This document shows, one piece after another, positions 28,303-37,481 of a stretch of DNA of 64,000 bases (its first letter is position 1; the number at the start of each line of letters is the position of its first letter). The stretch is from an uncultured Stakelama sp. (GTDB lineage: Bacteria > Pseudomonadota > Alphaproteobacteria > Sphingomonadales > Sphingomonadaceae). The stretch is taken from positions 2,158 through 66,157 of the forward strand of contig CAZNQA010000003.1 of NCBI GenBank assembly GCA_964575105.1. The letters are read 5' to 3'. The position numbers and the translations under genes were made by a program. The notes beneath the pieces are model-generated. The model was not told the origin of the DNA and did not search any database. It was given only the letters and a program-made list of their open reading frames with translations.

Positions 28303-29706
28303 TCAGTCCCCGGTCAGAATCCGGTCGACCAGTTGCTTGACCGTCGGCACGAAGCCGTTGGAATAGAACGGATCGCGCTTGAACTGATATGCGCCGTGCC
28401 CGGCGAACATCAAATTCTGCTCGACGTCGCCGCCATGCGCGATGTCCTGCAGCGTCTTCTGGATGCAGAAGCTGCGCGGATCGGCGAGGCGACCGGTCGA
28501 ATTGGTCTCGGTATCGGACCAGGACGAGAAGGCGCACTGGCTGAGGCAACCCATGCAATCCGCCTGATCCTTGCGGATCACACCCTTGTCCTCGGGCGTC
28601 ACGAAGACGAGCGTGTTGTCCGGCGTCTTGAGCGCGTCGGTGAACCCCGCCCCGAACCACTCGCGCGCGCGGAGCAGATCGTTGCGCGTGACCCAGAAGT
28701 TCTTCCCCTTGACGCCGACGTCGAGCTGGAACGTGTGGTCGCCGGCACTCTGCGTCGAAAACGCGATCTGGCGCTCCGAGCGCGCCTGCAGATGCCGCAG
28801 GAACGGATTGAGCACCGCGCTCGAATAGAATCCGGTCGGCGAAAAGCGATGCAGCAGCACCTCGCCTTCCTGAATGTTGGTGAGGCGCGCCTTCCACTCC
28901 TCCGGGATCGGGCTTTCCTGCGTCAGCAACGGCCGCGTGCCGAACTGGAACGCGATATTGCCGAGCTCGGGATTGTCGATCCAGTCGGACCAGTCGCGCA
29001 GATACCAGACGCCGCCCGCCATCACGATCGGGACTTCATCCGAGATCCCGCCCTCGCGCATCGTGTCGCGCAGCGCCTTGACGCGGGGGTAAGGATCCTG
29101 CGGCTGCAACGGGTCTTCCGCGTTCGACAAGCCGTTATGCCCGCCCGCGAGCCACGGATCCTCATAAACCACCGCCGAAAGCCAGTCCGCCGCCTTGGAA
29201 TACGCACGCTTCCACAGCGCGCGGAACGCGCGGCCAGAGCTGACGATCGGCAAATAGCTGACCTCGTACGACGAGGCAATCTCGCTCAGCTTGTACGGCA
29301 TCCCCGCGCCACAGGTAACACCCGCGACGAGCCCGCGCGTACGCTCGAGCACGCCGTTCAGGATCCGCTGCGCGCCGCCCATTTCCCACAGCACGTTGAT
29401 GTTGATCGCGCCCTGCCCGCCCGACAGGTCATGCGCGCGGCGGACCTGCTGGACCGCGCCCTCGATCGCATATTCGATCAGTTCCTCGTGCCGCTCGCGC
29501 CGGGTTAGCGCCTTGTAGAGCTGCGGTATGATCTTGCCGTCGGGGTCGTAGCTGTCGGCATTGACCGCCGAGACGGTGCCGATCCCGCCGGCCGCCGCCC
29601 AGGCACCCGCGCTCGCATGATTGGTCGCGGCGACGCCCTTGCCGCCCTCGACGAGCGGCCAGACCTCTCGGCCTCCATAAACGATGGGCTTCAAACCTTT
29701 GAACAA
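28303..29706 (-). CDS. Nitronate monooxygenase-family flavin oxidoreductase
   Basis: PLVEGGKG, GAGMP, EDPWLAGGHNG, MAGG, QFGTR. Confidence 0.85.
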   Translation of the reverse strand: MFKGLKPIVYGGREVWPLVEGGKGVAATNHASAGAWAAAGGIGTVSAVNADSYDPDGKIIPQLYKALTRRERHEELIEYAIEGAVQQVRRAHDLSGGQGAININVLWEMGGAQRILNGVLERTRGLVAGVTCGAGMPYKLSEIASSYEVSYLPIVSSGRAFRALWKRAYSKAADWLSAVVYEDPWLAGGHNGLSNAEDPLQPQDPYPRVKALRDTMREGGISDEVPIVMAGGVWYLRDWSDWIDNPELGNIAFQFGTRPLLTQESPIPEEWKARLTNIQEGEVLLHRFSPTGFYSSAVLNPFLRHLQARSERQIAFSTQSAGDHTFQLDVGVKGKNFWVTRNDLLRAREWFGAGFTDALKTPDNTLVFVTPEDKGVIRKDQADCMGCLSQCAFSSWSDTETNSTGRLADPRSFCIQKTLQDIAHGGDVEQNLMFAGHGAYQFKRDPFYSNGFVPTVKQLVDRILTGD

Positions 29707-29773
29707 GTGAACGGCTCCCGGATTAACATACGTTCGATATAAGCTTTGGATGCCACGCCCGGCAAACCGTGAT

Positions 29774-30910
29774 TCAGCCCAGCCGCCCCGGTTCCCCGAG
29801 AACGCTGGAATAGAGCGCAGCGTAGCGCGCGATCATCGTCGCTTCCTCATAGTCTGCGACCGCTTTCGCGCGGTTCTTCTCGCCCAGCCAGCCCCGCTGT
29901 TCGGGCGTCGCGTCACATAGGGTCTGGAGCGAATCCCGCAAAGCGACTTCGTGATCACGGCGTTCAATGAAGCTGTGATTGTCGGTGGTTACCATTTTCA
30001 GGATATCGCCGACCGGCGTCGCGACGATCGGCAACCCCGCCGCCATCGCCTCGATCACCGGGATCGGGAACTGCTCGCTTTTCGACGACAGCGCAAAAAT
30101 GTCGAACAGTCCGATGTAGCGGTGCGGTTCGGGCAGGAAGCCGGGCAGGATGAGCTGGCTCTCCATCCCCATCCGCTCGGCGGTGTCGACGATCGCCTGC
30201 TTTTCCGGCCCATCGCCGACGATCACCAGCCGGACGCGACCCGACAGCCCGCCGACCGCGCGGACGAGCATCGGCAGGTCCTTGACCTCGCGCAAACCCG
30301 CGAGCGTGCCGATCACGACTTCGCCCGGCTTGCGCTTGAACCCCGGGATCGCCTTCGGATCGGGCCTCTTCGCGTACAGCGCGGTGTCGATCCCGTTGGC
30401 GATGCGGTGGACCCGCTCGCGCGGCTGCTTCCACGTCCTGAGCGCGATCTGCTCGAGCGTCTCGGACGGCACCACCAGCGCCTCCGCCTTGGTCAGCGCG
30501 AAACGGCGGTAGAGGTTGCGCTGCGGCTTCAGCCCGTCCGCCTCGTCCGCGTCGAAGCCGTCCTCGTGATGCACCACCGGCGGCATCCCCTTCGACGAAA
30601 CGCGCTTCGCCATCACCCCGTCGATCGCGCCCCAGTTATAGGTCAGCACGAGATCGAACCGACGCATGTACGCCGCGATCGCCTCGTAGCGCTGGACCGA
30701 GGGGCCGCCGGTCAGCGGCGGCGGGTTCTGCGCGATCTCGTAATCGATCCCGGGCGCGATCGCCGCCTGCGCGCCATACGCCTCCTCCATGTTCGATACG
30801 ATCGTATGCCGCGCATTCGCCCCGAACGCGTTCATCAGGCGGACAGCGCGCGCCTCCTTCCCGCCGGGCGAGAAAGACGAATGGAGGTGCAGGATGTTGA
30901 CCGGGCGCAT
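29774..30910 (-). CDS. GT4-family glycosyltransferase
   Basis: GGKEARA, NGID, SSKSEQFPIPVIEAMAAGLPIVAT. Confidence 0.9.
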   Translation of the reverse strand: MRPVNILHLHSSFSPGGKEARAVRLMNAFGANARHTIVSNMEEAYGAQAAIAPGIDYEIAQNPPPLTGGPSVQRYEAIAAYMRRFDLVLTYNWGAIDGVMAKRVSSKGMPPVVHHEDGFDADEADGLKPQRNLYRRFALTKAEALVVPSETLEQIALRTWKQPRERVHRIANGIDTALYAKRPDPKAIPGFKRKPGEVVIGTLAGLREVKDLPMLVRAVGGLSGRVRLVIVGDGPEKQAIVDTAERMGMESQLILPGFLPEPHRYIGLFDIFALSSKSEQFPIPVIEAMAAGLPIVATPVGDILKMVTTDNHSFIERRDHEVALRDSLQTLCDATPEQRGWLGEKNRAKAVADYEEATMIARYAALYSSVLGEPGRLG

Positions 30911-31096
30911 TTGCCGGAGTGCTTACCGACTCCTTGGCGCAAAACCAGCCCTGTCGTGTCCCGGACAGGAGTCCGTCCCACGGAACACGCACATCGCGGG
31001 CGGCGGTGGTTCCGGACCCACCCGTCGCGCTGGTTCTGGTGGGCAACTGACGCTGCGGAAATATCGGTGGGGTCGGGGAATAGCCGCAACCCGCCC

Positions 31097-31185
31097 GTCC
31101 TCCCCGCTTAGGCGGGAATCCCTTGTCACCGTCCGTCCAGTCCTGCGCATTCAGCCGGTATGGATCCCCGCCTACGCGGGAATGG
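31097..31185. repeat. Intergenic palindromic element, family D (CCCGC-N4-GCGGGAATCC type)
   Basis: GTCCTCCCCGCTTAGGCGGGAATCC ... GGATCCCCGCCTACGCGGGAATGG. Confidence 0.8.
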
Positions 31186-31230
31186 GTTGGCCGTGAGCCT
31201 CTGCGAATTTTCCGCTACGCGTCAGGCTGG

Positions 31231-31292
31231 ACGGCAAGAATTGGTGGAAAGCCGACAGGCAGGTTTCAGGAACGAGATGGACGATAGCTGCC
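31231..31292. repeat. Short imperfect palindrome cluster to the left of the lipoprotein gene
   Basis: ACGGCAAGAATTGGTGGAAAGCCGACA followed by GGCAGGTTTCAGGA...GCTGCC. Confidence 0.45.
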
Positions 31293-31334
31293 CTTTGCTC
31301 GGTATCAAACCGGTGCGGTTACGAGGCGATGCCG

Positions 31335-31769
31335 CTAGCGCAGCTTACCCCGACAGGTCGCATCGTCTCGACAAACGGGATCAACTTTCCTTGCCGCAGC
31401 CCTTAAATCCCCGCTCTCGTTTAGAGCACGATAATCCGGGTCTACGTCCTGCTGTTTTGAGCAGTCGAGCACCAGACCCATCATAACCTTTTCATCTTTG
31501 CCATATTTCGACAGGAGAGCCTCACCCTCGCCCCGACCGTTTTCAAGGAGCCCGCGTGCTTTCAGCTTACGTCCTTCGTATAGGGACCGGGCAGTCGACT
31601 GGACCGCAAGGTTCAAATTTGGCGGGCGGCCGCCCAGCGCGATCGTCCTCGCATAGGAAAACGCCGCCATGCAGTGAGCAGGATTCGTGCTGTTGGGTGG
31701 CGATGCGGTTGCGGCTCCGCAGGACCCTAGCAACAAAACGCTGATAATCGCGCTAAACTTGCTGGTCAT
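31335..31769 (-). CDS. Orphan lipoprotein-like protein (144 aa)
   Basis: AAGGAG RBS, hydrophobic signal with LLGSC lipobox, four further Cys, AT-richer codon usage. Confidence 0.7.
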   Translation of the reverse strand: MTSKFSAIISVLLLGSCGAATASPPNSTNPAHCMAAFSYARTIALGGRPPNLNLAVQSTARSLYEGRKLKARGLLENGRGEGEALLSKYGKDEKVMMGLVLDCSKQQDVDPDYRALNESGDLRAAARKVDPVCRDDATCRGKLR

Positions 31770-31902
31770 GTATTGCTCCTTCCCGGCCAGTTTCGGCCCG
31801 AAAGGTTGATTTTGTCTGTAGTGTCATAGCCGGGGCGGCATTGAAACTACCGCGTTTTCCAAGCTTTTTTGCAGGCTTACCGGCGTCAGAACCCTCGCCC
31901 AT

Positions 31903-31966
31903 AATGTCCGCTCTCAGGATCGGCAAAACGCTTCGGTAATGACTTACTTCGGGCGTCAGCGGACAT
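31903..31966. repeat. Palindromic element ATGTCCGCT-N45-AGCGGACAT to the right of the lipoprotein gene
   Basis: Perfect 9-bp inverted repeat at 31904-31912 / 31958-31966; contains GTCCGCTCTCAGGA. Confidence 0.6.
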
Positions 31967-32056
31967 CGGCTTTTAACGAGGGAATCACCCCAAACCGTCC
32001 GCGCGCGTCATGAAATAAGCCTGCACCGTGGCCTGGCGCAACGGAGCGATATGGTT

Positions 32057-33721
32057 TTAGAAAAACGCCAACCGCTGCGCCTCGCGTTCGCCACCACCGA
32101 AATAGCGTCGGGTCCAGCCGTCGGTCGGATCGAGGAACACCGCGCGCGGATCGACGACGGCTTCCGCCTTCGCCGCCTTTACATGGTCCCGGTAGTAATA
32201 GTGATCGAACATCCGCATGAACTCGCCGATATAGACATCCGCGACCGCGGTTTCGGTGAAGATGAAGAGCTGGTTCTCGTCGTTGTTGCGCGACGAATTG
32301 TTGCTGAAGTTGGCGGAGCCGGTAATCACTTGCGGCTGGGCGGACAGCGGATCGACCAGGATCAGCTTGGTGTGGATGAAAACACCGCTGTGGTGGAGCG
32401 ATTCCGCGCGAACCTCGCGCAGCATCTTGTCCTGCCACGCTTCGAGGACCGAGCGTTCATTGAGTGCGCCAGCCTTCGCGAGGCTCGTGTTGGGGGCGGC
32501 GTACAACGCGGGTTCCACGACACCGCGCTTGTTGAGCAGGCCGAACACCTGCGCCGGAGCACCGATCAGCGCCGCCTCGATCGCGTCGTGGAGGGCGAAT
32601 GGCGCCGTGAAGCATACCATCTTCTCCGCGCTGAGGATCAGCGACGCGCACAGGCTGATCGCCCCGACCGTCTCGCGCGGGCTGAACACCACCGATGTCC
32701 CGGTCGCGGCCGCACTCGCCACCGGCAGCGGCGACAGCGCCGTTGTCTGCGTCCGGGTCTTGCTGACGGTCAGATCGGGGTGATTCCAAACGGTCTGATG
32801 CCAGGTGAAATAGGTCGTGGCGGGCTCGACACCGACGATCGCATGGCCGACGTTCGATTGCGCATAGATCGCGGCGTCGCTGAAATTGGTCGATCCGGTC
32901 CACACCGCCCTGGGCACGCCATCGACGTCTGTGCGCACCATGAACTTGTTGTGCGATATGCCGATCCCCGCGCCGTTCCGCCCGCGCGCGACGGCGTCCA
33001 GCCCGAACTCGACCAGCAACGGGTCCGCCTTGACCGAAGGCCCCTTCCCGTTGCGGTCGAGAATCGCGTCGTGAAGGATCTCGAGCCTGACCCCGCGACT
33101 TTGCGCCGCCTTGAGCGCCCGCGCGAAATCGCGCTTGTCGAATTCGTAGAGGAACAGGTGCAGCCCCTCGCCCGGCTGGGCCTGATCGATAAAGGCAACC
33201 AACGCTTCCTCCAGCCCGCGCGACAACCACGTCCGCGCGGCGGGGTCGGTCACTTCACCCGGCGGCAGCGACGCGAAACGGTTGGCGAACGCCTGGCTCG
33301 CGGCGGCGCTGCGGTTGAAATGGACCGCATGGCCGTTCGTCCCGACATGGTCTGGATCCTCGCACCTGACCTCGAGCGTCGCCGAGTCGGCGGACGCGAG
33401 GTCGGCGGCTGTCCCGCGCAATGCGTGGACTTCGTAGGTATAGCGGCGACCTGCCTTGGTCGTGTAATCGCCCCAGTGGAACTTCTGGATCGGATGCCGC
33501 CGGGTCGTGACGCTGTCGCCCTCGTCGGATTGCGGCAGGTCGAACTTTTTCAGTCCGCGGAGCCACATGCGCTCGTCATTGGTATGATCGGTGCGGAGGA
33601 TGCCAAAGCCGAGCAGCCCCTCGCAATAGGCCGCGTCGCAATTCCACGCGAGCAGGACGACATAAGTCCCGGCAATCGCGCGGACGCGCAGGCCCTGCGG
33701 ACTTTGCGTCTCGGTGCGCAT
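32057..33721 (-). CDS. Phospholipase D superfamily protein with two HKD motifs and no signal peptide
   Basis: SHNKFMVRTD and IHTKLILVD, WTGSTN and ITGSANFS, extra N-terminal beta domain. Confidence 0.88.
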   Translation of the reverse strand: MRTETQSPQGLRVRAIAGTYVVLLAWNCDAAYCEGLLGFGILRTDHTNDERMWLRGLKKFDLPQSDEGDSVTTRRHPIQKFHWGDYTTKAGRRYTYEVHALRGTAADLASADSATLEVRCEDPDHVGTNGHAVHFNRSAAASQAFANRFASLPPGEVTDPAARTWLSRGLEEALVAFIDQAQPGEGLHLFLYEFDKRDFARALKAAQSRGVRLEILHDAILDRNGKGPSVKADPLLVEFGLDAVARGRNGAGIGISHNKFMVRTDVDGVPRAVWTGSTNFSDAAIYAQSNVGHAIVGVEPATTYFTWHQTVWNHPDLTVSKTRTQTTALSPLPVASAAATGTSVVFSPRETVGAISLCASLILSAEKMVCFTAPFALHDAIEAALIGAPAQVFGLLNKRGVVEPALYAAPNTSLAKAGALNERSVLEAWQDKMLREVRAESLHHSGVFIHTKLILVDPLSAQPQVITGSANFSNNSSRNNDENQLFIFTETAVADVYIGEFMRMFDHYYYRDHVKAAKAEAVVDPRAVFLDPTDGWTRRYFGGGEREAQRLAFF

Positions 33722-33755
33722 CGTGGTTTCCCCCAATCCCCGTGCCCATCGCGAT

Positions 33756-33784
33756 ACGACATTCGCGTGACAGCCGTGCGACAG
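33756..33784 (-). promoter_or_regulatory. Triple Pho-box-like direct repeat upstream of the PLD gene
   Basis: Minus strand CTGTCGC-ACGG-CTGTCAC-GCGA-ATGTCGT, exact 11-bp period, 35 bp upstream of the ATG. Confidence 0.65.
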
Positions 33785-33904
33785 AACTCTGAAGGTCGCC
33801 ACCGATATGGTGTCAAATCGCCCGCCACCCGTGGTGCCGATTCCCCGACCCGCGGAGGAGGCGGCGCTGCGGATCCCGGTGCAGCGCCGCGATGGATCGA
33901 GCCC

Positions 33905-35032
33905 TTAGTCGAACGCCGTCTTGGGCACATGCGAGATCCGGCACGCGAGATCCGCCTCGCCGCTCGCGACGACATAATGGTCGCCCGCGTCCGCGATCCC
34001 CGTCGTGAACACGACATTGTCGATATACATCTGGTCGCGCAGCGGATCGGTCAGCGCCGGGTTCGCTTCCATCAGCGGATCATGGCTGGTGCGAAGCACA
34101 CGACTCGGATCGTCGCGGTCGAGCAGCGACCAATAGGTGCGATACACCCCCACTACCCCCATCGGCTCGACCCCGTGCCACAGGCTCAGCCAGCCGCCGC
34201 CACCGGACCGGTCGACGAGGATCGGCGGGGTGCCGCCCCCCATGCGCGCGGTCGCCATCGTCGCGGCATGCGGGCGGATGCCGGGGCGTTCGTGTGGCCT
34301 CCAGTGGAGCGCATCGGGCGAGGTCGAGAGGTTGATCGACGGCCCCGCACGCCATTCGCTCCCCGGCGGGTACGCGAAATACAGGTCGCCCAAAGGCCGC
34401 GTCTGCGCCCAGTATTTGCCGCCGACCAGCCCCTCGAAGATCAGCATGTCCTTGTTCTGGTGGTCGAGCACGATCCCTTCCAGCGTCCAGTCGAGCGCAT
34501 TGTTCGAACTGTAGAGCGTGGTCGAATGCCGCTCGGGGCTGACCGAACAGGTCGTCATCAGATAGCGGTCGCCGACCTTGCTGATCCGCGCATCCTCGAC
34601 GCCGTAGCATTGGTAGGACGCGCGCGGCGCGATCGCCTTGGCGTAATGTACCGTCACGACCTGCGTCCCGTCGGCATTGAGCTCGACCGGGAGCAGCCAG
34701 GACAGCGAGGTTAGCGCCATCACCTTCCACCCGCCGCCGCGCATCATGAACTTGCGTGGGTCGGCGGTGTCGACGAAATCGAGCGGCCATGCATCGAGGC
34801 AGTAACCGCCGTCATGCCAGCGGATCGCGTGGATCTGCTGCTCCTTGATCGGCGTCCGCAACGCCTCGGCGATCCGCACCATCAGCAGCAGATTGCCGTT
34901 GGGCAACCGCGTCATCCCGGGGTTGAACGCGCCGAGGACATAGGTCTCGGCATCGATCTGCCCGGCGAGCGGGGACTTGCTCAGGTCGACATCGGCGGGG
35001 GTGAAGATCAGCGCGTCATGGGGGAAGGTCAT
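33905..35032 (-). CDS. GH130-like glycosidase/phosphorylase (five-bladed propeller)
   Basis: GAFNPG, GVEDARI, NKDMLIF, RMGGGTPP, NVVFTTG. Confidence 0.8.
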   Translation of the reverse strand: MTFPHDALIFTPADVDLSKSPLAGQIDAETYVLGAFNPGMTRLPNGNLLLMVRIAEALRTPIKEQQIHAIRWHDGGYCLDAWPLDFVDTADPRKFMMRGGGWKVMALTSLSWLLPVELNADGTQVVTVHYAKAIAPRASYQCYGVEDARISKVGDRYLMTTCSVSPERHSTTLYSSNNALDWTLEGIVLDHQNKDMLIFEGLVGGKYWAQTRPLGDLYFAYPPGSEWRAGPSINLSTSPDALHWRPHERPGIRPHAATMATARMGGGTPPILVDRSGGGGWLSLWHGVEPMGVVGVYRTYWSLLDRDDPSRVLRTSHDPLMEANPALTDPLRDQMYIDNVVFTTGIADAGDHYVVASGEADLACRISHVPKTAFD

Positions 35033-35156
35033 GCAGACTCCTGGTTCCGCGGCGGGACGATGCGGTGCCGGATACCCGTTCGCCGCGGTTGCGTCGCGCT
35101 GTACGCCACCCCGCACGCAATGTCTCCCGCGCGGCGGCAGTCTTTCCGCATCGACC

Positions 35157-36032
35157 TCAGCCCACAGCGGGTTCTCCCGGGATCCGCGCGAGCAACCGGT
35201 CGATCGCGGCGATCACCTCGGGTTCGTCGAGCGTCGGGGCGTGGCCGGTGTCCGCAACCGTGACGAGTTCGCCCTCGTCGAGCGCCGCCGCCATCCGCTC
35301 CGCCACATTCGCGGCGAGCACGTCCGAGGTCGCGCCGCGCACGATCAGTGCGGGCACGGTCTTCAACCCGTCGAGCGTGCGCCACATGTCGGGCCCCGCC
35401 TCGTTCCCCGGCACGCGGAACGGCTCGGCGATCTTCATGTCGTAATCGAGCACGATCCGGCCCGCGCTGGTCAGCCGGTACAGCCGCTTCGCCATCGCGA
35501 GCCAGTCCTCGAGCTGGAAATGCGGATAGACGTCGCCATTCGCCTCCGCCACCGCGCGCGCGGCGTGGAGCCAGGTCGGCCAGCTGTTCGACTTGCCGAC
35601 ATAGCTGCGGATTCGCGACAGCCCCTCGGGCATGATCTCGGGCCCGACATCGTTGAGCAGTACCCCCATCAGCGTCTCGCGCGCGGTCCCCGCGAGCAGC
35701 ATCGCGACGATCCCGCCGAGCGAGGTGCCGAACGCGATGTAGCGCGCCACGCCAAGCTCCCCGAGCAGCCCCTCGATGTCCTGGACGTAGGTCAGCGGGA
35801 CATAGGTCATCGGGTCCTTGGCGTAGCCACTGTCGCCACGGCCGCGCAAATCGACGGTAATCACGCGCCATTCCGGCGACAATCGCCGCGCAAGCGCGTC
35901 ATAATCGCGCGCATTCCGCGTCAATCCGGGCAGACACAGGATCGGCGGGCGTCCGGACGGGCCCGGATAGTCCCGATAATGCAGCCGCAATCCATCGTTG
36001 GACCACCAATATCGGTTTTCATAGGGTGGCAT
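35157..36032 (-). CDS. Alpha/beta hydrolase
   Basis: PGLTRNARDY, DLRGRGDS, GTSLGG, GHAPTL. Confidence 0.9.
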   Translation of the reverse strand: MPPYENRYWWSNDGLRLHYRDYPGPSGRPPILCLPGLTRNARDYDALARRLSPEWRVITVDLRGRGDSGYAKDPMTYVPLTYVQDIEGLLGELGVARYIAFGTSLGGIVAMLLAGTARETLMGVLLNDVGPEIMPEGLSRIRSYVGKSNSWPTWLHAARAVAEANGDVYPHFQLEDWLAMAKRLYRLTSAGRIVLDYDMKIAEPFRVPGNEAGPDMWRTLDGLKTVPALIVRGATSDVLAANVAERMAAALDEGELVTVADTGHAPTLDEPEVIAAIDRLLARIPGEPAVG

Positions 36033-36069
36033 GGTTGCGTCCTGCGGTTGGCGCCCTCCATATCCACGC

Positions 36070-37431
36070 ATGGACACGACCCCGCAACCCTATCGCCCCG
36101 AAACCGCGATCCTCGATCTCGGCGACGCTTTCTATGATGCTGTCTCGGCGGCGCATTTCCCCGAAACGCACCTGCGCTTCCGCAACGATCGCGCCGCCGC
36201 CGAGGTCGGGCTCGAGACGCTTGGCGGGGCCGAATGGATCGAGCATTTCGGGCGGTTCGAGCCCCTGCCCGGCAGCCTCCCCCACCCGCTCGCCCTGCGC
36301 TATCACGGCCACCAGTTCCGCAACTACAATCCCGAGATCGGCGACGGACGCGGCTTCCTGTTCGCGCAGCTCCGCGACGGTGCGGACCGCATGATGGACC
36401 TCGCCACCAAGGGCTCGGGCACGACGCCGTGGAGCCGCTTCGGTGACGGGCGGCTGACGCTGAAGGGCGGGATGCGCGAAGTGCTTGCGACCGAGATGCT
36501 CGAGGCGCTGGGCGTCAAGACCTCGCGCAGTTTCTCGCTGGTCGAGACGGGCGAGCAGCTCGAGCGGGGCGACGAACCCTCGCCCACGCGCGCGGCGGTG
36601 CTGGTCCGGCTCAGCCACAGCCACATCCGCATCGGCACCTTCCAGCGGCTGGCCTATCTGCGCGATGCCGAGAGCATGACCAGGCTGGTCGGCTATGTCC
36701 TGCGCACGCTCTACAACGAAGAACCCGGCGACGATGCCCCCGCACGGCTGCTCGATCTCGTCGTCGGGCGCACCGCGACGCTGGCGGCGAGCTATATGGC
36801 GGCGGGGTTCGTCCACGGCGTGCTCAACACCGACAACATCAACGTGACGGGCGAGAGCTTCGATTACGGCCCGTGGCGCTGGGCACCGACCTGGGACCCC
36901 GCCTTCACCGCCGCCTATTTCGATCATGCCGGGCTTTACGCGTTCGGGCGCCAGCCCGAGGCGATCCACTGGAACGCGATGCAGCTCGCGGTCGCGCTGC
37001 GCACGATCAGCGAGGCGCAGCCACTAATCGACATCCTCGAGACCTTCCCCGAACGCTATCAACGTGCGGTGTCGGACGCGATCCTGTGGCGGCTCGGCGT
37101 GGTCCCGCAGGAACCGGTGCGCGACCGTGCACTGGTGCAGGCGATCGAACAGGGGCTGGTGCAGAGCGGCGTCGGGATCGACCGATTCTTCTTCGATGCG
37201 TTCGGTGGCACCTTGCCCGAGGACGACGCCTTCGCCGACGCTCGCGCCGCGCTGATCGGTTATGCGCCGCGCAAGCCGCGCGACCATCCCTACTGGTCGG
37301 GTGAACCCTGCTCGATGCTGATCGACGAGGTCGAGACCTTGTGGTCCGCGATCGACACGCGCGACGACTGGCATCCGTTCCACGACAAGATCGCAGCGAT
37401 CCGCCAGATGGGCGAAGCGCTCGCCGACTGA
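36070..37431 (+). CDS. selO: SelO/YdiU-family protein adenylyltransferase
   Basis: YHGHQF, GDGRG, KGSGTTPWSRFGDGR, HGVLNTDN, FDYGP. Confidence 0.9.
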   Translation: MDTTPQPYRPETAILDLGDAFYDAVSAAHFPETHLRFRNDRAAAEVGLETLGGAEWIEHFGRFEPLPGSLPHPLALRYHGHQFRNYNPEIGDGRGFLFAQLRDGADRMMDLATKGSGTTPWSRFGDGRLTLKGGMREVLATEMLEALGVKTSRSFSLVETGEQLERGDEPSPTRAAVLVRLSHSHIRIGTFQRLAYLRDAESMTRLVGYVLRTLYNEEPGDDAPARLLDLVVGRTATLAASYMAAGFVHGVLNTDNINVTGESFDYGPWRWAPTWDPAFTAAYFDHAGLYAFGRQPEAIHWNAMQLAVALRTISEAQPLIDILETFPERYQRAVSDAILWRLGVVPQEPVRDRALVQAIEQGLVQSGVGIDRFFFDAFGGTLPEDDAFADARAALIGYAPRKPRDHPYWSGEPCSMLIDEVETLWSAIDTRDDWHPFHDKIAAIRQMGEALAD

Positions 37432-37481
37432 GCGCTGTTCGGCGAGTGGATTCCCACACCAATCTGGGGCAAGACCACGCG

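Noticed and set aside
17027-31185. Palindromic repeats as a CRISPR array
   Set aside because: The four elements have different sequences, are kilobases apart, show no repeat-spacer periodicity, and there are no cas genes
30923-31196. Short ORFs spanning repeat family D
   Set aside because: Derived from the palindrome; no RBS or protein-like composition
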